A stretch of 64,000 nucleotides of DNA from Octopus sinensis (taxonomy: Eukaryota): NCBI RefSeq assembly GCF_006345805.1, contig NC_043005.1, positions 82,956,001-83,020,000 of the forward strand, given 5' to 3'. The notes under the pieces were generated by a model. The model ran no database searches, had not been told where the DNA came from, and was given only the letters and a program-made list of their open reading frames with translations. This document shows, in pieces, positions 28,384-41,046 of the stretch. Position 1 is the first letter of the stretch. Each line of letters begins with the position of its first letter. A program made the translations under genes and the position numbers.

Positions 28384-29943
28384 GTATTCAGGACCTACTA
28401 AAAAGAAACCTATGTTATATTGAAATAATAAAGTCGATACAACCCCTATGATTAACTTCCATGCAATAATTCCTTTTGTATCAACTTGAAAACAAATTAG
28501 GCCATCATATATGCTTTGCTAGTATTATCTCTTCTTTGAGTGATTAACGATCATAGAACACGTAGTATTTCTAAAGAGAGTTTCATATAAAAAATGAATT
28601 AGAACAATTTTAACATAGCTGTATCATAGGTTGCGTCTAGAGGATACCACTTCTGGCAATGAAGTGTAGTCACTAATTATTTCATAAGCCAAATCAGTAA
28701 AGGGCAGAACAAAACGTTCTGTGATATTTGTACAGTCTATCTGCACTCTAAGTTCAAATCCCACTGAGGCCGACTTTCTTTTCATTCTTTCGGAGTCGAT
28801 AAAATAAAGAATCAGAACAAGACGTAATGGTTAACTTGTCGAAGATGACGCCTCGAAATACGAGACTAAATACTGAAGCAATATAAAGAAAGCGTAAAGT
28901 GGGGGTTATTGCGGTGCTATTCTGGTGTTACTGTGAGCCCACCTGTCAACGGAGTTCGTAAATTCACTCACATTTCCAAAATTAGAGTCGATGTCAGTAA
29001 ACAAGGGAAGGTACAAATTACTCGAATTAAGTGTAGAATCAATACAATTATTTTACTAACCCAAGAAAAGGGTTGTTTTAGGTGGTGGTCTTTTGGCAAG
29101 TTTCCTCTACTATTTCTAGAATTTTAGAAACCTATCCTCAATAAAGAGCTTGATCATTGTCATAAAAACCAACTAGAAGTATAAAACAGAATATTATAAG
29201 AAAAACCCTTCTCGATTGGTGTTCGCATAGCAACCTTTCTTCATTGTTCATTGACAATTCTTCATTGTAAATAACCTACCCATAGTAAAGAGCGAAGCTT
29301 CTAACATATCAGGAGCGGGAAGTATATAAGAAATACGACAAAAATAAATAAGAGCCTACGTAGATGTTTTCGACTTTCGTTTTACGGATTCGGTTCTTCT
29401 CCATATGAAGAGCAGCAAGAGATATTTTAGCAAATCGACATAATGTTGTGAATGGTAGCTGTGATTATGGAGGAGTTAGCGTAACTCAGTATACGTTTCA
29501 AAATCATGGTGTATATAGACATAAAGAAAATGTTCTCAATATTCTATGGAATCGGTCTTTGTAAAAGGTGTGATGGTTTTGAAACTGAGTTGTGCCACTA
29601 TATTAGAGACATTGGAGAATGGACTTGGCAATCATCAGCACAGATATACGTAAAGAGGGAGGTATGCGATATACGCAGACTGCTTTTGCGGAATATGTCT
29701 CTGAAGAGTCAAAAAGCGATCTGCAAGTAACCAAAGGGACACCTTTACACATGCAAACACAAATGCACGCGTACACATATGGGTGTAAGAAAACCCAAAG
29801 GTGTCATTTAATTCTGGGTAAGTGTTATAGACAGACAATACTTAAGTTCCAGGTTCGATAATGATACGAATGACGAGTCTAACGTAGGTGGTATATTAGC
29901 ATGCATCTGGAAAAATTAACTGAATGAGATAAAATATCGCACC

Positions 29944-29991
29944 GTCTCTGATGAAGGGATATATAAAATATTCCGGAAACAGCTGTAAGAC
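29944..29991 (+). ncRNA. Minimal type I hammerhead ribozyme motif (Penelope-like type)
   Basis: Stem I GTCT/AGAC; CTGATGA 29948-29954; 7-bp stem II GGGATAT/ATATTCC; GAAA 29976-29979; palindromic stem III ACAGCTGT; GUA cleavage triplet. Confidence 0.6.
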
Positions 29992-30020
29992 CTCTTTTAT
30001 CTCATTCTGTTAATTTATGG

Positions 30021-30065
<45 letters not shown>

Positions 30066-30224
30066 TATATATATATATATGTATATGTATATATAACTAT
30101 ACATATATATTTATATATATAATATACACATATAGATAGATATAGATGGATATACATACATATATATAAACATATATGTATAGATATATATGTAATAATA
30201 AAATGTAACAAAAAAATTATTATT

Positions 30225-30529
30225 TATATGTTATAATTTAGAACAAACAGTAAAAGCTTTTCATTATAGTACACGGAGTTTCGAATCTCGGTGCGACGAG
30301 TTACGATACGTTCTCGTCGGCTATTAATGGCAACAGATACTATGAAAGCGGTTAAATGAAAGGAAATTAACTCTAATAGGTGGAAAAAGAAAAAAGATAA
30401 AAGGTATACGCAAGCGTCTGTTGACATTAATAGCCAACGAGGATGTATCGTAGCTCTTCGTTCCGACATTCGAAAATCCGAGTACTATAATGACAACCCT
30501 TTACTGTTTGTTCTAAATTATAACATATA
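30225..30529. mobile_element. MITE-like fold-back element, ~305 bp, with ~113-bp imperfect TIRs
   Basis: 30225-30338 and 30416-30529 are reverse complements (TATATGTTATAATTTAGAACAAACAGTAAA / TTTACTGTTTGTTCTAAATTATAACATATA); TA ends. Confidence 0.75.
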
Positions 30530-30560
30530 TATATATATAGATATATATATATATATATAT

Positions 30561-31318
30561 ATAACTGATAAAATAAGGGCAAGAGAAAAATTCTAATGCC
30601 AAATATACCGAGAAAAAGACAAAATTGTCAATAACCATTATAATTTATCGGCATGTTTCGAGACGCATAAATTATAATGGTTATTGACAATTTTGTCTTT
30701 TTTTCGGCATATCTGGCATTAGAATTTTTCTCTTGCCCTTATTGTATAAGTTATTTATAAATTTAACCTTTAAAGGTATTTTTTGATATGCTGGCCATTG
30801 ATAAAAAATTTTTTTTTCGAAAAAAATCTTATCCTACATTAGTTATAAATTTAATAGTGTTCACTTCTGGATTCTCTCACTCTATGAAAGTTTCTAGATC
30901 GAATCACACGTGTCTCGAGATGTGCTGAAGATTTTCTATTTTGGATATATTTGGGGTACTTAGGTCTGCTCAGGACTAAGTGCTTGCTTTTTCTATGCGT
31001 ATGAGTAAGTATTCCATTTATGTTTTACGTATTAATCGCTGACGAGGGGAAAATTCTTATGAATTAACCCCGAAATTGGGACAAATACGGTTATAACGGA
31101 ATTTTTTAGAAATTTCTATCGGCATGTTTCGAGACGCATAAATTATAATGGTTATTGACAATTTTGTCTTATTTTCGGCATATTTGGCATTATAATTTTT
31201 CTCTTGCCCTTATTTTATAAGTTATTTATAAATTTAACCTTTAAAGGTATTTTTTGATATGCTGGCCATTCATAAAATTTTTTTCTTTCGAAAACAATAT
31301 TATCCTACATTAGTTATA
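30561..31318 (+). mobile_element. Hammerhead-bearing tandem unit with inverted 5' arm: Penelope-like pLTR or non-LTR retrozyme candidate
   Basis: Direct repeats 30646-30847 and 31117-31318 (period 471 bp); inverted copy 30561-30648; hammerhead at 31033-31093; microsatellites at both ends. Confidence 0.6.
31033..31093 (+). ncRNA. Type I hammerhead ribozyme motif
   Basis: Stem I TAATCG/CGGTTA; CTGACGA 31039-31045; stem II GGGG/CCCC extended by AATTC/GAATT with TTAT loop; GAAA 31072-31075; stem III ATT/AAT; cleavage triplet AUA ending at 31087. Confidence 0.75.
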
Positions 31319-31350
31319 TATATACATACATACATACATACATACATACA

Positions 31351-31380
<30 letters not shown>

Positions 31381-31383
<3 letters not shown>

Positions 31384-31456
31384 TGATGTCCTCACGCTCT
31401 CCTGTTATACGTATGCACGTACATACGTATAACAGGAGAGCGTGAGGACATCAATA
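31381..31456. repeat. Perfect 35-bp inverted repeat with 6-nt loop
   Basis: TATTGATGTCCTCACGCTCTCCTGTTATACGTATG - CACGTA - exact reverse complement. Confidence 0.97.
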
Positions 31457-32105
31457 GACCTACAGCGCTCTGGTTTGACACGCAATCATTAGATCTTTTA
31501 GTCGTCACAAATATGAAGAAATAGAGAGAAAAATTATTCTTCTATATTCCTAGAGTTTTGTGAAAGGAACTAAATAATGAAGGTTCTTAAACTCCTGCAA
31601 TGAATCGGAAAGGATTTCTTAGAAACCTATTATATTAAGAAAGGGGAAAGAAAAGTTTTCCCCGGATATTTTATAAATCTTTAGAAAATGGTTGCTACGT
31701 ATTTATATATTTATTAAGACGTCTAAAGGATATCTGAAATCTTTACAAAAGAAATTCTTGATTGAAAAATAAATATTTGAAACATCTTTTAAAAGTGGGA
31801 AGTTTGTCTTTTGTTCAAAAGCAATTGCTATGAAGGCAGAGTCATTCAAATATTTAATAAGTTCTCTGAAATATGTATGTGGAATAATCTGAATGATCCG
31901 CTCACTAATTACTATGGGTTTGATATCCCACACACACACACACACGAACATATTGCGTGCATAAACACACATATGCACACTAATGCCTGCGACCGGAGGT
32001 AGATTGCCAACACGAAACTGGTATACGTGTAAATATACAAATTGTGGATGACCATCGATCATATACAGGCGTATGTGTTTCTGGATATATATGCCTGTAT
32101 GTAAG

Positions 32106-32166
<61 letters not shown>

Positions 32167-32540
32167 GCGCTCACACAAACACACACGCCAAATATCAGTC
32201 ATTACGCGTAAATATGTGCTCTACAAAGCTGCATTGAGTAACTGGTCAATTTAATGTAAAATAGCTTCTTATAATTCGGCATACAAACAAAACATAAATT
32301 ATTTTTGTGTGTGTGTTTGTATGTGTGTGTGTTTGTGTGTATGTGTGTATGTGTGCGTGTGTATGTGTGTGTGCGTGTGTGTGTGTATGTGTGTGTGAGA
32401 GAGACAGAGAGAGCGCGTGTTTGCAGCTGACGTTGGGAAATTACAAATTTTATGTATGAGGATAATTAACCCCTAAATCGATATCTTATCAGCTTTTTGA
32501 AATGCTTTTTTTAATTGTTATTTTATTACTTCGGTTACAC

Positions 32541-32745
32541 TAAGGTGGTGAGGTGGTGGAATCGTTAGCATACCGGGCAAAATGTTTAGCATTTCGTCTA
32601 TCTATAAGTTCTGAGATCAAATTCCACCGAAGCCGACTTTGCCTTTCATCTTGTCGATGTCAATAAAATAAGTAACAGTTGAGCACTGGAGTTGATGTAA
32701 CCGACTTAGCCCCTCTCCCGGAATTGCTGATCTTGTGCCAGGAAC
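32541..32745 (+). mobile_element. SINE family A
   Basis: TAAGGTGGTGAGGTGGTGGAATCGTTAGCATACCGGGCAAAATG...CCGACTTTGCCTTTCATC. Confidence 0.85.
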
Positions 32746-33187
32746 CAATATTTGCCTCTGTGTGTGTTTTCAGTTACAGTTGTGAGATTACAAATAAGAG
32801 TGTATGATGATTATCAACCACTAAATCGATATCCTACAGTACCACCTTTATGAAATCAATTTATATTTCGGTTACCCATATGAGAGATCAATATTTTCCT
32901 TCAAAAATAGGACGAACCTTCAGAGGAAGAACCAGTACAGCTATGAATTCTGTAAATTGTAAGGACATACCAACGTACAGGAAAATAGGTTTCCCCGTTT
33001 GAAGACATTTTCAACGGACTTTCCAACCCAAGATTCAAAATTCCACCGGTTAATTATATGACGTGATAACTGAAAATATCACAAGTAATAATGTTTTCAC
33101 AATTTTAAAGTAATTAAAGAGCATAGATGCATTAAATGAAGATTAAAACTTCATGCGGCCTAACTCTCTTTTGTTGATTGAAATTCA

Positions 33188-33233
<46 letters not shown>

Positions 33234-33577
33234 TCTAAGACAGTTATCAACTAGTTGGATTGAAATACAAAGAATTTCCTACGGTATGCGATCCTATTGA
33301 GACATTATTTAGTGGTCACCTGCTGGAAATAAAACGGTTATATCATAGTTTACAGAAAGAGTTCTCTTCAGACTGAGACATACTGAACATTAAATTCCTT
33401 AACATATAACTAATCCTGGTCCTGTCTTTCACACATTAATAACAATACAAAAGAGAATAAAATATTACAGCAAACACTACAAGTTTAATGCTGGCTTTCA
33501 TACAAAACACAAATAGATTCGATTATTAAAAGCGCTTTTAATAAAATTCGGAACAGATTTATGCACTCACTTTATAA

Positions 33578-33585
33578 ATATATAC

Positions 33586-33641
<56 letters not shown>

Positions 33642-33672
33642 ATATGCATACCTATGTCAATGTATATATGTA

Positions 33673-33726
<54 letters not shown>

Positions 33727-33732
33727 CATATA

Positions 33733-33802
<70 letters not shown>

Positions 33803-33837
33803 CATACATATATATATACATACATACATACATACAT

Positions 33838-33932
<95 letters not shown>
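33578..33932. repeat. (TA)n-rich microsatellite
   Basis: Direct reading. Confidence 0.97.
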
Positions 33933-34399
33933 GCATTTATAGCGTACCTAATAGCGAACAAGTAACATCCATCCAACCAAAAGTTATTTATGGCCGGCAC
34001 ATTGAAAAGAGGGAAAGACTCGATTAAAAAATGCTTGAAGAGAAGCATAAGAAAATAAAGGATAGATTTAATATAATAAAGTAATAATGAAATTTCATTG
34101 TAAAAAACCAATACCTTTGATTGAAAAATGTCATCTTAAATAGAGAAAAAAATTTAATTTCGAATATTTATGTTTGTTGGAAGTGGGCGTGATAACTGGT
34201 AAAAATGCACCTACAAAACGGGCATAAAAATTGAGAAAATAATTCGAAATAACATAAAGTCCTGCAGGTAATAAAATGTTGCAGAGATATATAGAGGTTT
34301 GCTGACATTTCCAATACATATATGTTTCTGTGTAGCGGTATAGATACACGTTAGTATTACGTTATGTCATACGTTTTACAATACTTTGTTAACTTTTTG

Positions 34400-34794
34400 C
34401 CTTATTCGTCACGTAACAACCAAAACAGCCAAGCATTAAAAGTATATTTTATATACGATCTACCAAGTTGCACCGTCTGAAGCCACCTTTCTACCAGTTC
34501 TTTGATCCCTCGCTGATACCAGTTCTTGTCCGTTGAGGGGAAGAACTTCACTGAAACTACCCTCTCCTTTTGGTTGATGAAACGTCGTGACTGCAGTAAG
34601 TGAGCTCTGGATCGTATCAAATGATAATGAAAATGATTTAGATCCGGACTATATGTTGGGTGTGACACCGGTTCGATTCTCTCAAGTTCCTGTGGTTCAT
34701 TCTGTGTCGTTCGAGTGGTATGAGGCCTTGCGTTGCTTTGTTGCAGAAGATCATTTTTTCCGTTCACCAATGCCGGGTTTTTTTTGCCACACAA
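34400..34794 (-). pseudogene. Mariner transposase C-terminal fragment
   Basis: LLQQSNARPHT, HPTYSPDL, WYQRGIKELVERW correspond to mariner HDNARPH, HPPYSPDL and GI..L..RW motifs. Confidence 0.85.
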
Positions 34795-35044
34795 TGGCTT
34801 ATATCCGTAAGGTGTGAGCCTGTCAGATACTCTCCAAACGTTACTTGCTTGATTTGCCTCTAAAGCTTAGGGCACGGCCTTCGAATCCACGGTTTTAGGC
34901 CTACCTGCCCTTGCCTGATCATCGAGTTCTTAAAATCCGAGCGAAATTTCTTTAGCCATCTACTTATTGTAATGTGGTCATCTACTTATTGTAATGTGGT
35001 CATCTACTTATTGTAATGTGGTCACCTTTCACACAACAAATGTT

Positions 35045-36225
35045 TTATGTTGCTCCTAAACTACGAAAAAAACGAAACCGCTTGGATATGGAATCAGCCT
35101 CAAGAAACAGCGTTTCGGACTCTGAAGGAAAAACTCAGCTCTGCACCAGTACTGATGCATTATAGTGTTGACCAGCCAACAAAGATCTCAGCAGATGCAT
35201 CGTCTTGTGGCTTGGGCGGAATACTTCTTCAGAAGGAAGACGGCTGGAGACCTGTATTCTATACATAGAGATCTCTCAGAGACAGAGCTAAGATATGCAT
35301 GGATTGAGAAGTCACGTGGTATTGTGAGAGGTTTGCTGACTTCTTCAGAGGCCTACCAAAGATCTTGATAGAAACAGATCACAAGCCTCTACTACCACTG
35401 CTAAAGATGAATGTCTCGATGGGTTGACTCCAAGAATCCAGCGTTTCCGCATGCGCCTAATGAGAGTCACCTACGAGATCACACACAGTGCAGGGAAAAA
35501 CCTCATTAGATCAGACACCCTATTCAGGGCTTCTGGCAGCATACCAACGAAACAGGAGACAGTAACAGACATGTTCATCCGTTCTCTCACAGACAGCATC
35601 TCCGCGAGTGACAAACGACTGGAGGAAATCAGGCAGAAACAAAGCACTGATAAAATCTATGGTCAAGTTATCAACTTCTACAAAATGGACCACTGGCTTG
35701 AAGCAGTCCCACAAGATCCGGAACTGAGACCCTACTGGTTTGTACGGCAGTACCTAACAGTTTCTAAGGGACTCTTATTGTATCAGAGTCGACTCCTCAT
35801 CTCCGCAAACCTCCAAAAAGACATCTTAGATCGTCTACACGAAGGAAACCAAGGTATCGTCAAATGCCGAGTACTGGTGCGAGATAATGTCTGGTGGCCA
35901 GGCTTTTCCAAGCAAATTGCTGAGAAGATAGGAGGGTGTGTTTTCTGCGGGAAGGAAAACAAATATCGACCAGAATCCCTACGATCTATCAAGTTACCTG
36001 ACTATCCATGGCAGAAGGTAGGAATGGACATGTTCAAATTGAAAGGACACAGATATCTCTTAGTCATTGACTACTATTCTAGATGGATAGAGATATCTCA
36101 TCTACAGAACAATATCAGGCAGTATCGTTGACAACTGCAAATCAATATTTGTTACATATGGTATACCGGAGGTTGTCAGTTCCGATAATGGTCCTAAATT
36201 CATATCGAAGGAGTTCTTGGATTTT
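35045..36225 (+). pseudogene. pol: Ty3/Gypsy pol fragment (RNase H, integrase Zn-finger and start of core) with frameshifts
   Basis: AFRTLKEKLSSAPVL, ADASSCGLGGILLQ, ETDHKPL, PRIQRFRMRL, LHEGNQGIVKC, VWWPG, PWQKVGMDMF, IDYYSRW, SDNGPKF. Confidence 0.9.
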
Positions 36226-36242
36226 TCAATTTTTTAAAAAAA

Positions 36243-36418
36243 TACCTTAGGAATGAGAACCCAGGTTCAAAATTTCCTCAAGACACCTGATGAAGGCTGG
36301 AGGGTATATCGGCCGAAACCTTGTGTTAACAACACACAAGATGACGACAAATATCCTTCAATTGTAAATAATGTAAATAATGTACATAATTCCTCATCTC
36401 TTAAATATAGAACTGTAT
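36243..36418 (+). mobile_element. Probable Penelope-like element terminal (pLTR) fragment
   Basis: Contains the hammerhead core followed by AT-rich GTAAATAAT repeats; abruptly replaces the Gypsy integrase sequence. Confidence 0.5.
36282..36327 (+). ncRNA. Minimal type I hammerhead ribozyme motif, probably degenerate
   Basis: Stem I GACAC/GTGTT; CTGATGA 36287-36293; stem II GGCTGG/TCGGCC; GAAAC 36315-36319; stem III reads AACCTT rather than palindromic AACGTT. Confidence 0.55.
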
Positions 36419-36619
36419 ATAGAGTCCCTTACAGATATTCATATATATATACACACACACACAGAGGGGGGAGATAAAACTTACTTGGAAATGGATGCGT
36501 GGCGTTCGATCGTATAATAATATAAATTATATATATATATATAATTTATACAACTCTGATACAATGGCGGTGCCCCAGCATGGCCACAGCTCATTAGCTG
36601 AAACTGGAAAAATCAAAAA

Positions 36620-36658
<39 letters not shown>

Positions 36659-36981
36659 AATACACATGTCCCTGTTTATCTACTCCACGGGGACAACTGA
36701 TGAAGGGAATGTTCTTTATGTTGCCTGTCTCGTTTCTCTATTTGTTTCTTTTGTTGTTCGAAAAAACGTTCGTTTTCCATGGTTTTGTTTATTATGTTCT
36801 CGTTTCTCATTTTATTCGCGTGTTTTTATTTGACATATATATATAGAGGCATGTACATGTGTGTGTGTGTAGATATGCATATATATATTTATTATTTATT
36901 TTACATATACTTTATAAATATAAATTATATATGTACTATATATATTATATAGATATATGTATATATATGTGTGTGTGTAAG

Positions 36982-37017
<36 letters not shown>

Positions 37018-37422
37018 TATCAATATTAACTCCTATATATAAACCCCTAAACATGTATACATAAATGTATATAAACAAACCAAAGGAATCATGAAGATAA
37101 TTCGCATAAATGTAGATTCATTTTACGGGTTTACATACGTATATGTGGGTATGTTGTGTTTGAGGACATGGGTGTGAGCGTGTGTGTACATTACAGCATG
37201 AAATTATACTTGTATTCTCCGTTACGTAATCAAACCAAAGAAAACCATCATCACTGCATAAAAAAGTCATTAGGGTGACATCGTAAACGCTTTGAGAATC
37301 GCAACTTAAAGATTGCATTAAAAAAATCATGAGCTTAAACAAGCTGAATATCATCATAACGAGACCAGCTTTGGCATAAAATTGTTACTCCAAACGAATG
37401 TTTAAAAAAAGTTCTACATATC

Positions 37423-37466
<44 letters not shown>

Positions 37467-37493
37467 TGCATACCTATACATACATACACACAC

Positions 37494-37545
<52 letters not shown>

Positions 37546-37635
37546 TATATATACATACATATTCACAGATATATATGTGTGTGCGTGAGTGTGCGTATGC
37601 GTGTACGTATGCATATATGTAAATATATGTAAATA

Positions 37636-37669
<34 letters not shown>

Positions 37670-38876
37670 CATTTAAATATGTATGCACACACATACATAC
37701 ACACAGATCTAATCACATTTTGCAAACACGTAATGGCAGTATAAATATATATATGCGGTGTAAATACACACACACACACACAAACACAGACGCGCACACT
37801 CATATGCATACAATTATATATATATGCAAGCGTACATGAATACGTACATAGACAAAAATTGACAGATAGACAGACAGACAGAAAAGTAGATAGATAGATA
37901 CACGGAGATATTAATAGGCAATTATGTATGTAATGTATGTATGTAATGTATGTATGTATGTATGTATGCATGTATGAATGTATATATGTATGTATGTATG
38001 TATGTATGTTTGTATATCTGTAAATGAACAAGCTTTTATGTGTGTATATATGCATTAACGCTGCTATACACTTAAGAATATTTAGAAAAAAAACCTATTC
38101 GGACTGCAATAAAGATTACATAGCGATAGGGACTGCCGAAAAATTAACTTGTTAAATTTCCTCCTATTAGTGATGAAAAATCACTTACGTAAGTAATATA
38201 TAACGAATCAACGAAGTCACACATAAACCGGCAAATAGATAGCATATTCTCTAATCATTCACAAGAATAAGCATACAAATATATTTACATGTGTGTGTGT
38301 ATGTGTGTGTGTATGCGTGCGTGCATATATATTATGTATATACCATGTATATATATATATATATATATGTATATCATGTGTTCACATATACACACACACA
38401 CACATTTACATATACTTGAATAGAAGTGCATTTGTTTGAATATATACATGATTATTTAAAGAAATACACGTGGGTAAGGTGTGTGCATGTGTGTATCAGA
38501 ACGTTTACATATACACCTATTCATACTATATACAACTCTATAAATATATGCATGTGCCCACATATAAATATATATATTTACAATCAAAACTACACTACGG
38601 AGATCTTTCATATGAAACTACTTAAAAATTGTCATGTTAACGTTATTACCGCTTTAAACTGGGTAAAAGCGTTGTAAAAGCCATTAATATTCTAAACAAA
38701 GTAAGAAACAGGAAAGGTTGCAAATATACGAGCAATTACAACATATATCCACTTCTGTAACTCTAATGCATAAATCTATACTTCTGCAACAGTGCACAAC
38801 AACGCACAAGTGCGCTTACATATCTTTACACACACATGGACACACACAAACACACATATATAAACACATATAGCAA

Positions 38877-39138
<262 letters not shown>

Positions 39139-40849
39139 GCGTATGTTAGTGTTTGAGAATGCATTTCAGCAGAAATCAGCGCATATAAGTATGCACATAC
39201 ACAGATATACATATGGATATGAATGCATAAGATATATGATGGAATGAAAAGAGTAAATATTAAGGAAATAAAGAAATGTACAATGAGTATAGACGTATGT
39301 ATGTAACACATGTAACTCCTCGAAATAGTTAATAATGAAATCCGGAAATAGAAAATAGAAAATAGGGTGGAAATAGAATGGATGGAAATATTTAATGGTG
39401 TTGGTAGATTTAGACTATTAGGAATTAAGTAGAAAATAAAGAGGTTCCACTTAATAGATGTTGGATTGGTAAAGGAATGCATTGGATTCGGAATACAAGG
39501 ATGTGGGCCAATTATCCTTAAAGTATAGATGTGTAATGTGAGTCGCAAATGTCCACACACACACACAAACATACACACATGCATACATATACACATTTCT
39601 ATGTGATATATTCGTGTGTGTATGTTTGTATACAGTGAACGGTTATAAACTTAAAGTTTACAGTTCTTATTTACAGTAACTATATATATATACTAGCATA
39701 GCAGTGTCGTCAAAAATGACGACAATTTTATTAAAGATACAAAATGGCGCGTCAACACAATGGGAGAAACCATAAATAAATGTCATCAAAATGGTAAATA
39801 TATGTAAATACCCAGAATTGATGCACTTGAAGAATTAGACAGGCTTGTAAAGTCTTGGTTGAAAATATCGTCTAAATGGTATGTGTGTGTATATATATAT
39901 GAGTGGTGTATGTGTATGTGTGTGTATTTGTGTGTGTGTTTGTGAGTGTGAGAGAGTGCGTGTGTGTGTGTGTATGTATGTATGTATGTATGTATGTATG
40001 TATGTATGTATGTATGTATGTATGTATGTATGTATGTATATATGTATGTATGTATGTATATATATAAATGTGGAATTTTCAGGACATTTATAAAGAGAAA
40101 GTTAGTCTTATATCAGTTTCTGGGATATTAAGGATATCCCTGCACCGGAGACGAAGTGAGATGGTTTAATAGAGGGAAATATTAGAGTTCAAGGATCTTT
40201 TCCCTTTGAACGGCAGATCGAGAAGTTAATTTTGTTGTAACTAAACACTTTCAAACTTCGGACACTGGTAGAATGTGTGATATAAAACATCTTTTATTCT
40301 TAGTGTTGTTGAGAAAAGTTTATATTTTCAAAGTTATTTCTTGTTAAAGTAGTCGTATTTCGTTAATTTCAACCAATCAATCACGTTTATTCAGCTGTGG
40401 CCCAGGTCAATGAAATAGTCTTCTTAATTAGATACAGGTGAATTGTTGTGGAATAGAGCATGCAACCTGACACGGTGCACAGTGTTGGGTACCAGCTCGG
40501 TTTTGAAACACGTTACATTCCTTTTATCAATCTCTTTTTGAATCTTGGGATGAGAGTTGTAATTTTGGTTCAATGTCACAAATTTTTACGGTGCAGTATG
40601 TTATATTGAGTTTCGTTTACCTGCGAGGTGAATAAGAAAACACAAAAGATTTTAATTCCAAATCTAAATTCTCCAACAAGAATCTCTTGATTGTGTTACA
40701 CACCAGCCCGTACAGATTAAATAGTGCAAAACTTCTCTTTAGTTTTCAATATTTTGAAATATATGTTAACTACAGCAGCGTTGGATCCTTCTGTAGAAAT
40801 CTGGATTTTTCTTTCAACCAGCCAAATCCAAAGAATATATTGTTTAAGT

Positions 40850-41046
40850 CAGTGGTTCCCAAACTTTTTAGAGTCGCGACCCACTATTTATCACACCAGT
40901 TTATGACGACCCACTCAACTCTACTGAGCATCTCGATAGACAGCAGTTAATCAAAGCTAATGCGTAATTTTATAACGTTTTGCGACCCACTAAGATTCCG
41001 TTCGCGACCCATCTGAGGGTCGCGACTCACAGTTTGGGAACCACTG
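40850..41046. mobile_element. hAT-superfamily MITE, 197 bp
   Basis: TIRs CAGTGGTTCCCAAACT / AGTTTGGGAACCACTG; perfect 8-bp TSD GTTTAAGT at 40842-40849 and 41047-41054. Confidence 0.92.
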
